The notes beneath the pieces are model-generated. The model was not told the origin of the DNA. It saw only the letters and a list, made by a program, of their open reading frames with translations, and ran no database searches. From Amoebophrya sp. A120 (Eukaryota; Protista; Dinoflagellata), in the NCBI GenBank assembly GCA_905178155.1, contig CAJINV010000009.1:3847556-3911555 (forward strand): a stretch of 64,000 bases of DNA. The letters run 5' to 3'. A program made the position numbers and the translations under genes. Each line of letters opens with the position of its first letter. Within the stretch, counting starts at the first letter, position 1. Below are positions 48,173 to 59,960 of this stretch, piece by piece.

Positions 48173-51100
48173 ATGACCGGCATCGAAGACACGCCCCAGG
48201 CCGATCACGGCTCATCCCGCCGCAAACAGAGCATCGGTGAATCCTCTACCAACAGTGGCAATACAGGAAGTTTCACATCTTCTGGAGCAGCTGCAGCAGG
48301 ACCACGAGGACCAGCAAATCTTCTGCAAATAGAAAACGTCCACACCATGTCACCACAAGACGCAGATACTACCGGAAGCGAGACGCTAGAACGAGCTACC
48401 GCTGCAAACGTAGCTGCGAACACCGGCGCAACTGCTTCAGCGGAGGACCACGCTTCGGGAGGTGTACTCGCAGCAGAACAAGAGCAGTCCTCGCCTAGCA
48501 AGCAGAGAAGAAGTCTAAACCTTACCAGACCCACTTCAACTACGCAACTGAAAAGCACGATAACAAACAACACCGACTTCCTGTGCTCGAAGCTGCCGAG
48601 GTTAACGATCCGCGAGTGGGCGTTTCTCTCCGCTTTCACCATCTGGACGACGATTATTGTCAACAGCCTGGACAATCGGAAGGATTGGTGGATCACACCA
48701 CCTCTGTCCCTAACCCAGCACGACTACCTGCGCGGGCAGATGATCGCACTGTTCGGGTTTGGCTTAACCGCAACGGGGATGTTTATCGCGGGGCGGCGGG
48801 CGTACAGATTGTATTTTAAGGAAATTGCGAACTTCGGGAGCAGCGGCAGTAGTAAAAGTAGAGGCTTGACAAGTTCAAGTGACAAAAGCGGTGTTAGCCA
48901 AATAAGCAGAATGCCATCTGCAACCAAGCAGGACGAAGATGCTAATAGTTCGGGGCCGTTGGCGAAACTAGTGATAACCGAAAAACAAGAAGTAGATCCC
49001 CGAGCGTCCATTTTGTCGAACAAAGAAGAGGAAGACGAACGTCTTTATGCAGTGCAAAAGTATCGTACTCGTCGAAATGCATGACAAATTTCTATTTCCT
49101 CAGCATGAGAAATAAAATTTGTAATGCGGATTTCTTACCTTAAAAAAAAGATTTGTAATGCGTGACTGCAATTCCTACGAGTGCGATACTCTTGCAGTTC
49201 ATAGTTTTGCCTCCACTGCGATTCCTTCTTCCGCGATGGCGCCCACATTGACCGCGCTGGATTCTATCGGCGTTACAAATTCAGTATCCTGTCGTGCAAA
49301 AGTATCCCACTCGTATTGCAGTCATGCATTTACAAATCTTTTTCTTTCGGTAAATCCGCATGACAAATTTCACTTCTCATGCTGAGCAGGAAACTTGTAA
49401 TGCATTTATACGAGTGCGATACTTTTGCAATTCAGATTCAGTGATTAGTAGTGCTGCTGATCCAGCGGAGGTTGAATTAGAAGTAGCCGAGCAAACGCTA
49501 TCAAATGCAAAAATGTCTGGGTCTGGAAGAATGCGCAATTTGTCATGCAGCTTTTCCATGACCCATGAGGTCTGGAATGCAGGACCTAGCATGACAGATT
49601 CTGTGCGATTTCTCTCATGCCTATTCTGCATGAGAACCCCCCTCCCGACTTGGTCAAAAACTCGACGACTTTTGGTAATTACGCAACACAGATTTTTGCA
49701 TGCTTCAGATTTAGCATGACAAGTTGCATTCTTGTTCTTCCAGACCCAGACATTTTTGCACTTGGTAAACACGCCGGAGAAGCAACAGCCGCGAGCAAGC
49801 TTTGGCAGATCATGCGGCCACTTCTGCAGGAGCTCCAACTTTGCTAGCTGCCCTTGAAGTAGGACAATACGAGCAAACGAGCGCAGCAGGAGCTGCACAA
49901 GAGCAGCTGCAAACCAAGATAGTAACAAGAGCAGAGGGTCGTGATGAAGCTGCCGCGACTAGTACCACATCTGTGCAGGAGCTAACCGAGGTGGAGCACG
50001 ACCAGCGGGGCGACCTGTCAGAAATGAGAATAACGTCTGCGACATCTCCTTCTTCTGCGAGCGCCGTCAGTAAGAAAATGGAATCGACAAAGTTGTCCAC
50101 TGTGTCAGCTGCGAGCAGGAGAACGACCTTGAGATACCGCATGGTATCCACAGTAAATAATTTCCCGTACATGAAAAAATGCAGTCACTGCATGACAAAA
50201 CTTGCCATCAATCCTAGTCTAGCATGACAAGTTGTACACTGCAAGTTAGCGCAATTAGTCATGCATTTTGTACATGTACAGGAAATTTGTATTGCATACA
50301 TGGAGCAGAAACTGAACTGGGTTTCCAACGAGTGGAAGATCCGGATCATTTTCGGCGCCTACATGTTGTCGACCCCGTTTCTGTATCAAATGTAAAAATG
50401 TCTGGGTCTGAAAGAAGGCAACTTGTGATGCTAACTTTGGATTCTAACAAAAATCTGTATTGCATGACCAGCAAGCGGCGCCCAGTTTGTTTGTGCTACC
50501 TATGCGGGCCGGGCATTTGTCATGCGGGATAGGCATCAGGAAGGCCTCTTGAAATATGTGATTCTAGATCATGCATTGCAGACATCCTGAGTCATGCAAA
50601 ATATGCATGACAAACCTGGCAACCTTCCAGACCCAGACATTTTTACATTTGATATTCTGTTCGGCATCGCGTTCATCGTGGACCAACACGACAACGAGGT
50701 GGAGAGCGAGTTTCTACCTGTGGATCGAAAGAGTCATCAGTGGATGTCCAGGTATACAGGAAGCAAAGTTCTTTGGGATGCGGGATTTGCTTTTTAGATT
50801 CTTGAACTTGTCATGCATCTTTCTCAATCTACTTTTCGACTTTATATATTTTACTCAATAAAAAACTCCAGGGTTTTCTTCACTCTCCAGCTTGTGCACC
50901 AGATTGGCTTACTCCTCTGGACCTGGCTTTCGCACGATAGCACTTTTCACCCCGCAATCAAGCGGCACTACGAGGACAAGCCGGATATCCGAAACTCGAA
51001 ACCGCTGAAGGAAGTTTTCGAAAAACGAAGGAACAACATGAGCAAAACACTCTACCTCGCGCTCCTCCGACAGAAAAGAGTGTGGCAGTTCCGGATTTTT

Positions 51101-51286
51101 GCGGTGTTCCTCGGTCTCTACGGGGCGATCATCGGTTTTTTTGTCCTCGAGTACGGGGTGTGCGCGTCGGGGTGTAGTCGGTACGAAACGCAAAACATCA
51201 CGGGAACGAATCAGTACCTGTGCATCCTGGGAACGGTGCTGTTTTCCATGACGCACGCGTATGATCCCTTGCTGGATACGGCGTGA
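48173..51286 (+). CDS. Hypothetical multipass membrane protein (~654 aa)
   Basis: Seven exons joined in frame across 5 introners and one GT-AG intron; hydrophobic segments WAFLSAFTIWTTIIV, MIALFGFGLTATGMFIAG, IIFGAYMLSTPFLFGIAFIV, IFAVFLGLYGAIIGFFVL. Confidence 0.78.
49046..49203. mobile_element. Introner family B
   Basis: GTCTT/GTTTT; join ERLASTA. Confidence 0.9.
49285..49436. mobile_element. Introner family B (end ATA changed to AGA)
   Basis: TTCAG/TTCAG; join NSVISS. Confidence 0.88.
49499..49767. mobile_element. Introner family A (end ATA changed to GTA)
   Basis: AACGC/AACAC; join QTRRRS. Confidence 0.9.
50145..50298. mobile_element. Introner family E
   Basis: CATGG/CATGG; join YRMEQK. 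Confidence 0.92.
50384..50654. mobile_element. Introner family A
   Basis: TTCTG/TTCTG; join PFLFGI. Confidence 0.93.
50752..50871 (+). other. GT-AG intron (GTATAC...TCCAG) with TCCAGG direct repeat
   Basis: Join MSR-VFF; internal TTGTCATGCA. Confidence 0.78.
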
Positions 51287-52617
51287 GAGGGAAGCGGCGC
51301 TTGTTTACCGAGGGGTATGGAGCAAGTAGTAGATTTTTTCAGCGAACACGAAGAAGCATGAAAAACGCACTGCTCTGCGACGAGCAGGAGTAGATGACTC
51401 ACTCACGGCCGGCGCAGGGGCCTGGTTGTTGTACTCCACTTCTACTAGTTTGCTCGACATATTAGTAGTAAAGTACATGGTCGTGGTGCACTTCTCACAT
51501 GATTCGCTTCGTTTCTTTCAGCACATGGTTTCGAACTACGCGTGGCAATTTTTTTTACAGGCTCTCCTTATTTTCTAGTAAGTTTGTTTCAAAATAAAAT
51601 GTGTTTGAGTTTGTTTCCATTTCCAATGAATCTGTATACCAAGTTTGTTTTATGTGAACGATTTTCCGATACATACTACGCGAGGACTCATCTTTGATGA
51701 GAAAAAATCGCGGTAGCGCCCGAGCCGTGATCGCGCCTTTTCCAAATTTCTATATATTCATTTTTTTACCGTTTGCGTTTGCCAACACTCTTTGTGATTC
51801 TACCTCAGTTTGAATTTTCATCATTTTTAACCTTGATAGCCGCTTTTCATCAACAAACGAATGTCACATCTGATGTGGCCGAGGAATCTGATTTAACATT
51901 TGAATTTGATAGCCTTGACGTCGTCGACATGTTCGTCACATACGTTGTTTTTTGTACATGATTTGATTTGATTGCTCATGTCGTGTGGCATCACATGTCT
52001 CTCTACATGTCGCTACTTATAGGGCAACCGAGCCGCAGGTGGAGCGAGCCATGACACGAAAATGGATTGTATTCATCACCAACATGTATATTTTTTGATC
52101 GTGGATGGAAATGAAAAAGATGGACCTACAGTATGTTTATGCACCATCATAAAGCACCCCCTGGGTCGCGCAACCAAAATACCATTCTTCATGTGTTCAA
52201 CGATCGCAGTACCATCTACCATCACCAGAATTGTGCAAAATAAACTCCAAAGGCAAATTTTTGAATACGCCATCAAAAACACCGAGGATCCAAACAAAGA
52301 AAATCTCAAATTCATGCTCATCAGAAAAAGATCTCTCACTAATGTAAAATCCTAAACTGATCTACTTAGCATTGTCAATCTGAGCTTTGTATTTAATCTG
52401 AGCAAGAAGGAAAATGCATCATTATCTTCCGCAATCTTTTTTTTTTGACAGTGGAGCGACATTATGGTGAGTCTTAAGAGGGATTGGCCGCACACTTTTT
52501 TTGTTCATTGTGCTCGAGCGACTTTTATTCCTGTTTCTTTTTCTTGAAGTAGACAAGAAAAAAAACGCAAACCCGAACTCAAGAACGAGCGACCGCCCGA
52601 CCTGAAGACACAACAAG

Positions 52618-55600
52618 ATGGATGTGGATCAGGATCACGGCATAGATCCTGATCCACAGAATGACGATCTTCCCGTAAATCCGCCAACAGAAGGGCCACA
52701 TCAACATCAACCCCAGGAACTACATCATAAACTCGAGCCGGAAAGCGAGCCGGAACTGGAGTTCTTATGAACTGCAAAAGTATCGTACTCGTAGTATTGC
52801 AATACAAATTCGCTCAGCATGACAAATGGAATTTCTTATGCTGATTTGCCTTAACAACAAGACTTGTAATGCATGTTGATTACACTTATACGAGTGCGAT
52901 ACTTTTGCACAGGATAGTTTTCCAAAGCGGACGAAATCGCATTAGCTGTGACGAAGAAATTTGCGCAGTCCAAGGAGCATGGCAAGCCGCAGAAGGAGAA
53001 CAAGGAGTGGACGGTTTTGGCTGGGATCGTTCTCGAGGAGATCGAGTGTGGGAATTTCACCAATTCGCAGACGACCTTCAACAAAACGAAGTTGAGTTGT
53101 ATCGTCTTCGCGACGGGGACTCGGTGCTTGAGTCCGAGTTTGCTGGTGCTCCCGCCTTTGGTGGAAGAAAAAGCGGGTGAGGAGGAACAACTAGAAGGAG
53201 CGCAACGAGATGAAGCTGCTCCGGCGGCCGCGCCGGAAGTTGCTCAGAACAAGCGGGGCCGTGGGAAAAAGAACAAGAAGTCTGCTCTTGCTAGCACAAT
53301 TTCGACGACAGCATCATCTTCCTCTTTCTCTTCATCATCGTCTTCCCACTGCTCCGCGCTAGAAATTTTATCCCCCGTCAACAAAAAACGTTCGAAAAAA
53401 CGAAAAAAACTTCGTTTCGGCCCCACCTTCCACCAACTGCAATCCGAGCAGAACATGAGTAAATTACACCGAAGACTTACTAAGACGACCAACAGGCTGC
53501 CGAATAATTGGTCGATTCCAGATAGACCGATGAAAAAACCGGCGGTCGTGAAAGGGAGGAAACAGGACGAGAATGTCATAAATAGTCCGTTCCGGGATTT
53601 GGTGTTAAGGGATTGCCACGCGGAAGTGTTGGCGCAAAGGGGGTTCAAACTCTGGCTACTGCGGAATCCGGAGAAGGCAAAGTGGTATTTTGAAGGAAAG
53701 GCGAGGTTTCATTTTTACACCAGCTGCGTTCCCTGCGGGGAGGCGGCGAACGTGGAGATGGGAGGTGGCAATCGTGGCCATGGGACTACAGACAGCTCAC
53801 CAGACGAACTGCTGCACAAGAGCGGAACTGCAGCCACACAAGAACCTTCTACCAGCGCAAGCTCGTCGTTTACTTCTTCATCCTCCTCTTCATTCTTGGC
53901 GTCTTCACAATTATCCCAAGCCGCTGCTAGTGAACAACAAACCCAAGAAAAACCCCAGCACTACACCTACCCCCTCAAAACCGGCGCGAAACCCGTGGAA
54001 CTCCAGCAAAAAGAAAACAACGAAAACGCGAGACTGGGTAAAGCCACTACATTGCACACCAAGCCGATCGATTCTCGCTCCGACCCTAGCAAACGATCCA
54101 AGTGCATGTCGTGTGCTGACAAAATTTGCCGGTGGAACGCCTGTGGCTGGGACGGGGGCGTATTAGCCGCTCCTTTGTACGGGTTCGAACTAATGAATAA
54201 AAAAGATGATCAACATGGTCTATCCACCGCCGCTCCTGAATCGTCATCAGCTACATCCGAAGCCGCAGCGGCCTGTGGGATTCGCATGTCCTCGATTGTC
54301 ATCGGGGGCGCGACCTCGTTTGACGATTTTTATTCGGCTGCAAGACAGCTGGATGATTTCTCAAAAAAGAAGTACGAGCAGAAGTTGTGGGACGTGCTTT
54401 GTGGGCGGGTGTTGCAGATGCGGCACGAGGAGCAGTGTGATGGAGAAGACGCAGGAACTACAGCAGCTTCGTCATCATCTCGTGGTGCTGGTGGAAGTAC
54501 AACTGGAAGTGGAACTGCGCCGGCGCATGACGTTCAAGTCGGTGTTGCTGACGTCGTGGGCAATACCAACACAGGAAGCAAAGTGGACGAGCACGATGAT
54601 GGTTATGGTTTCGAACCAATCCCGCTCTTGTCCGAGTTGGATGACGATAACAGTACCCAGGAGGAGGTGGAAGCCGAAACTGCGAAGCGAAGGAAAGTCA
54701 CTGAAAATAAATCTTCTGATGGTGAAACATCTTCGCAAGGTCAACAAGGTGCTGGTGCTGGTAGAAGTAGTGCAGTATCATCTACAACAGCCGCTTCCAC
54801 GTCCGGCGCCGCGGTGCAGCAGCAAGGTTATGGAAGCGTCAGGATTGAAATCGTCAAAGTTGAAATAATTTGCAATGCATAAAATGCATTACGCGAGGTG
54901 CGTGTATTGCAGAGCAGGCAAGTGAGGCCGATTGTAAGCCTGTTTGGGGTTAGAGCTCGAGGTGCTAGAGGAGCATCAGAAAATCAGTCTTCTTTGCCTA
55001 AACAGCATGACAAACTGGGTTTAGGGGCCGCCAAAACTTGTCATGCGCCACTTGGAAACTGGGTTCCAACTGGCGTCCGTTTTATGCATGACAAATCGTT
55101 TCAACTTTGTCGATTTCAACTCTGACACATCCATAAAGGTCAATCTTCGGATAATGAAACGTCGCAAGGTCAACTACTAGGTGCTGGTGCTGGTTGTAGA
55201 AGTTATCGCGCCAAAAAAAATGATCATACTCATACTTTCGCCATTTTTGGCCAAAATCCAGTCAATCGGAATCGAGGCAAAAAAGTCCACTTTTTTGCGT
55301 ATGACCACTTTTTTTAGCCAGGACGCTATGGCGATCCTGGTGCTTTTTCAGAATCAGCCTTGTCCGCCCGTGATTTGCATTCTTTTAAATGTGGCGCTTT
55401 TCTGCGTTTTGGAAGAATAGCGCCGCGCTAAAAAAAGTGGTCATACGACTTTTTGTCGCGTTTTCTTCTAGAAAAGTTGAAAAAAGTATGAGCGCCCCAA
55501 TTTTAGGGCGCCGGAAAATGGTATGATCACTTTTTTCAAACACGGCGGTATGGGCCACATGTGGCCCACGCCAGGAAAAAAGTGATCATACCCAAAGTCG

Positions 55601-58600
55601 CCGCATTTTCAGTCTTTCTTGCAGAATCTGTGAAGAAAAGTGCTACTTTTCAGGTCAAAAACGGCAAAAGTATGAGTATGATCATTTTTTTCAGCGCGAT
55701 AGAAGTGCAGTATCATCTACAACAGCCGCTTCCACGTCTGGCGCCGCGGTGCAGCAGCAAGGTCAATCTTCGGATAATGAAACGTCGCAAGGTCAACTAC
55801 TAGGTGCTGGTGCTGGTTGTAGAAGTGCAGCATCTTCTATAGCGGCAAAATTGGTATTCGTATTCAAAAATCGCAAAAATTTTTCCCCCCGCCCAGCTCA
55901 CTAGTGCAGGCGCCCCCGCCTGCGGTGCCTGTTCTTCCGCCTCCGATTTAAAGCCCTCGACGGCCGCTCTCCGCATCCCGGTGTTTGAGGAAGCTGCCAA
56001 GTGGTTTTTGACCGATAGCGCAATGACTGGCCCGATCTTGTGGCGGCGCTGGGTAGCCGAAAACGGCTCGCGCCTGGCTTGGGGCTTTTTGACGGGCTGC
56101 AGCTGCCTCGCGGCTTGTCCGTGTCAGCTGCTCTCGGCGTGGCTACACCGACGGCAGATGGGTCCTGCACCCCCGGAAAATTTAGTGCCCACGAATCCAG
56201 CGCACCATAAGGGGCATTACCTGGCCCCTAGATTCTCGGGGCGCCCTACGGGCACCACGCCCATCACTCAGCTGCGCTGTGGAGGCGAAGTGGCGTAGAA
56301 ATGCGCTGCGGCCTCCGCCTACGAAAGTGCCTTTTTGCATTCTTGGCCAGGAAGCAACATCTGTGGCCGCGGCCAAGCGTTCAGAGAAAGCGGAGCATTT
56401 GCAGCAGCCGGTCTCGCGGACCGGCAAACTTGATGACTCGGGGAAAGGATTTTTGCCCTTCCGGATGCCGAGCAAAAAACGCCGGTTTTTTCTGAATACC
56501 AAAGTCAAACACGGTCTGAAATTGGTATTCGCTGGAAATTCTGACTTTGGTATTCAGCGACATTTGACCCCCCTCTCTTGGGGGCAACCTTGGGCAGCTG
56601 AATACCAAAGTTGCGCGGAAGAAAATCCGTCCGAGGTCTCCGTTTCCTGTGAACGCTTGGAAGCGGCCACAGATAATTGCTTCCGGGCCGAAAATGCAAA
56701 GAGGCACTTTCGTAGGCGAAGGCCTCAGGGCCTGTCTACGCCAGCTCTTCTCCGCGGCGCAGCCGATGGGGGTGGTGCAGGTAGGGCGGCCCGGGAATCT
56801 GGGAGCCAGGTAATTCCCCATAGGGCGCGCTGGGTCCGTCGGCACTAAATTTTCGAGAGGTGCGCGACGCATGTGCCGGCGGTGCAGCTACGCCAAGAGC
56901 AGTTGACACGGAGAAGCCACGAGGCACCTGCCACCCGACAAAAAGCCTTAAGCCAGGCGCGTACCATTTTCGGCTATCCAGCGCCGCCACGAGCTCGGGC
57001 TAGTGCTTGCGCTATCGATCGCCACCCCGCGGCGGCTTCCTCAAACACTGAGCGGCACAGCGCGTCGCTCGAGCTCGTTAAGTTGGAGGCGGCAGAAAAG
57101 GCACCGCAGGCGGAGGCGTCTGCACTAGTGAACTGGGCGGGGGAAAAATTTTTTGCTATTTTCGAATACGAATACCAATTTTGCCGTTATATCTTCTACA
57201 ACATCCGCTTCCACGTCCGGCGCCGCGGTGCAGCAGCAACAGCAGGTGGATGACTCGCAGGAGCAGCAGCAAGAGCAAAATGATGTTCGACGAGAGCGTG
57301 GTCGCGAGAATAAATTTCAAGTACCTCTACAGCACGTGAGCGGCCGCACGAGCGGAGTCCTAGCGGAATCCCTCCCCGCAGTTGTTCTCACGAATGTCGA
57401 CTTCGAATTTTCACAGCGAAACGCGAATCTCACCGTCCACAACCACTGCCCAGAGGTGGTGAACGAAGGAGTTCTTCTTGTTGGTGGTGCAGATACTGGG
57501 GGCGAAATGAAGACTGCAGCGGGGGCAGCATCCTCTTCATCCTCATCTTCACAAGCGAAAAGGAACAAGGTAAAGCGGCCTGTTACCACTGGATACAGCA
57601 AGATCTTCGTTGAGGGAGGCGGATTACTGCCACGGGAAGTTGTGAAAGATGTTGAAGGGGGTCCTGGTACTCAAGATGCAGCTCATGTTGGTGAACAACA
57701 GCCCGGCTCTCTTCCCGAAGATGCGGCTGCTGCTGATCCTGCTGCTGCCGGTGGTTCAGTACTACAGCAACCTTCATCTTCTTCCTCTTCATCTTCAACT
57801 TCATCTCCTACCCTCGACAACACCAGGATGACATCTTCTACTTCAGGCTCAACAACCAACTCACCAGAGAACAACCCGACGCAGCAGGAGGAAGTGGTCC
57901 CTCCCGCCCCAACTAGTTCGTCCAGCGGACAAGCTGAAGTTGTAGCTGCTTCTGCCGACCACGTCCCTTCTATGATCCAGCAAGCAACTACAAACAAGAA
58001 TACCATCAAAGTGAAGCCGAAGCGTATGCATTGCAAAACAAGTATCGTGCTCCTACTCGTATAAATGCATTACAAATTCCCTCAGCGTGAGCAATAAAAT
58101 TTGTCATGCGGATTTACCTTGGGAAAAAAATTTGTAATGCATGACTGCAATTACTACGAGCGCGATACTTTTGCACAGGATAAAGCGACCAGATCTCCAC
58201 GAGGTCATTCTCGGCGACTACGGTCTGAAGCAAAATGGCAGGAAATACCTCCCTATGCATTGCAAAAGTGTCTGGGCCTGGAAACCTGTGATGCTGGGTG
58301 GCGCATCATGGGGAGGCCACAAGTGCTGGCTCAGCATAACAAGTTTTTGAGCTTCTAGAGGTGTTGCCTACAACTCTGCATGACAGTCTGCGTTTCTGCA
58401 TGATAGAAAAGTGGCGCTCTTGGGTAACGTGCGGGACAGATTTAACACTCATTCCAGACAAGCATGACATACATGCACTCTTCCAGACCCAGACACTTTT
58501 ACATTTGATACTCCCTGGCTTCGGCTCCGGCGACCGGGAGACCAGGGAAAGGATCAACGCGTCCCTCACGAGGGAGGTGATTGCGCTCCGAAAATTCGGT

Positions 58601-59194
58601 GGAATACCCATAACGAGCGAGCAGTACCTACACGGTAGTGAGTACGAAGCGGGTGTGCAACATTTTGTAGAATACGACCCGAACATTATCACCGAAACCG
58701 AGCTGTATTGGACCGACTACGTGTTGCAAAAGTGCTACGGAAAATTTACGAGTTTGTTGTGCACAATGAGTCTGAAGGAGATAGAGAAGGACGTGCTGAA
58801 ACAGGCAAGGAAGGCGAAGAGGAAAATTAGAAAAGACTACACAGCTGCGATGATGAGCAGCTCTAGCTCTACTTATGCAGCAACATCAGCGGAGGTTTTT
58901 CAGCACGGAGGGAAGACTTTATTTGAGGTTCCTGCTGGCGCTGTTGTGGGAAGTTTTGTTGATAGCACGACTTCCGGCCTGTACGGGATCAGAAGTACGT
59001 ACGCAACGACGAATCTCCACGACCCTACGTCTACTTCGGCTTTGTTGTCTTGTTCCAAATCTGGTGGAGAAGATGCGGTTGAAAAAGAATTTCGCAAAGC
59101 AGCGTGCGGCCGGTGTGGCTATAAGGAAAGAAAGATGGCTTTTCACTGCACCCCTCCGTGGGAGGGGTGGATCCGGAAAAGTAGGAAGGAATAA
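52618..59194 (+). CDS. ADAT1: tRNA-specific adenosine deaminase 1 (Tad1/ADAT1)-like protein with large low-complexity insertions (~1273 aa)
   Basis: Motifs ADEIA...GKP...EWTVLAGIV, ATGTRCL, DCHAEVLA.RGF, FHFYTSCVPCGEA, KTGAKP, MSCADKICRWN, EVILG..GLKQ, W.GWIRK; no dsRBD seen. Exons 52618-52765, 52922-54828, 55141-55203, 55707-55837, 57197-58024, 58188-58253, 58516-59194. Confidence 0.88.
52766..52916. mobile_element. Introner family B
   Basis: GTTCT/GTTTT; join LEFSKADEIA. Confidence 0.9.
54829..55135. mobile_element. Introner family C
   Basis: AAGGT/AAGGT; join QQGQSS. Confidence 0.95.
55204..55701. mobile_element. Introner family I (498 bp, GTATGA/TCATAC motifs)
   Basis: TIR TATCGCGC..AAAAAAATGATCATACTCATACTTT; GAAGT/GAAGT; join CRSAVS. 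Confidence 0.93.
55838..57191. mobile_element. Introner family J (1354-bp foldback)
   Basis: TIR begins TATA.CGGCAAAATTGGTATTCGTATTC and extends ~550 bp; TCTTC/TCTTC; join AASSTTS. Confidence 0.93.
58025..58182. mobile_element. Introner family B
   Basis: AAGCG/AAGCG; join PKRPDL. Confidence 0.93.
58254..58510. mobile_element. Introner family A
   Basis: CTCCC/CTCCC; join YLPGFG. Confidence 0.93.
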
Positions 59195-59960
59195 GGAAGA
59201 TGAGCAGAAAGCTTCAGCATTCATCCTTTGCTCAAAATCATAATCGTGCGACAGCTTCTACTTATAGTTTTTTTTTTGAACAAAATCAAACCCACACGGT
59301 AGTAGAACAAGCGACACTGAAATGGCGAGGAGCATCCCATTTATCGATGCGAAATCTACTTGATGAAACGACGCGCACTCACGCCATCTGTTGTTCACAT
59401 CAGGCTCGGGCGTTGCACTGCAACCGTAGTCTTGCAGCCGCGTATTCGTAAAAAAATGTTGATCTTCTGCACAATTGTGATAACGTTCTAGTCGTGGTTG
59501 CAGTGCGACACGGAAGGGCCACAAGAACAAAATTTAGAACAAGAGCTTTTGCAGAGTAATAAAAGGTGCCCATTGTTTTGTTGAACTCGGTGACGTGTCG
59601 TACATCTGGCGGCAGTAAAATTCATCTCTGATCTTCTGTATCAGTCGTGTAATCGGTTCGTGGATGTGCGATCATGTCTGGGTGGGCGTGGGGGCAAGAA
59701 CCGGTACCGGTCACGATCTACTTCGGTACAGTACAACTTTTAACAGGATGAAGCACTACGTGGGCGCATCGTGTAAAGTCAGTTCGTGGGCATCTTTTGT
59801 AAACTGTCCGAGCACTACGATTGAACGAAAACATCATATTGCTTCGCTGTTTTTGAACAGGAAATCAACTACGCATATTCCTCGTACTGTTATCACCATC
59901 TATCTAGGTTTTTGTTTGTCACAACTCCAACAAGAAAAACGAAAAACACACGACAACCCA

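Larger units (their letters stand above)
54710..57240 (+). repeat. Three tandem ~120-bp (40-aa) coding repeats interrupted by three different introners
   Basis: Unit QSSDNETSQGQLLGAGAGCRSAVSSTTAASTSGAAVQQQG after splicing. Confidence 0.88.
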
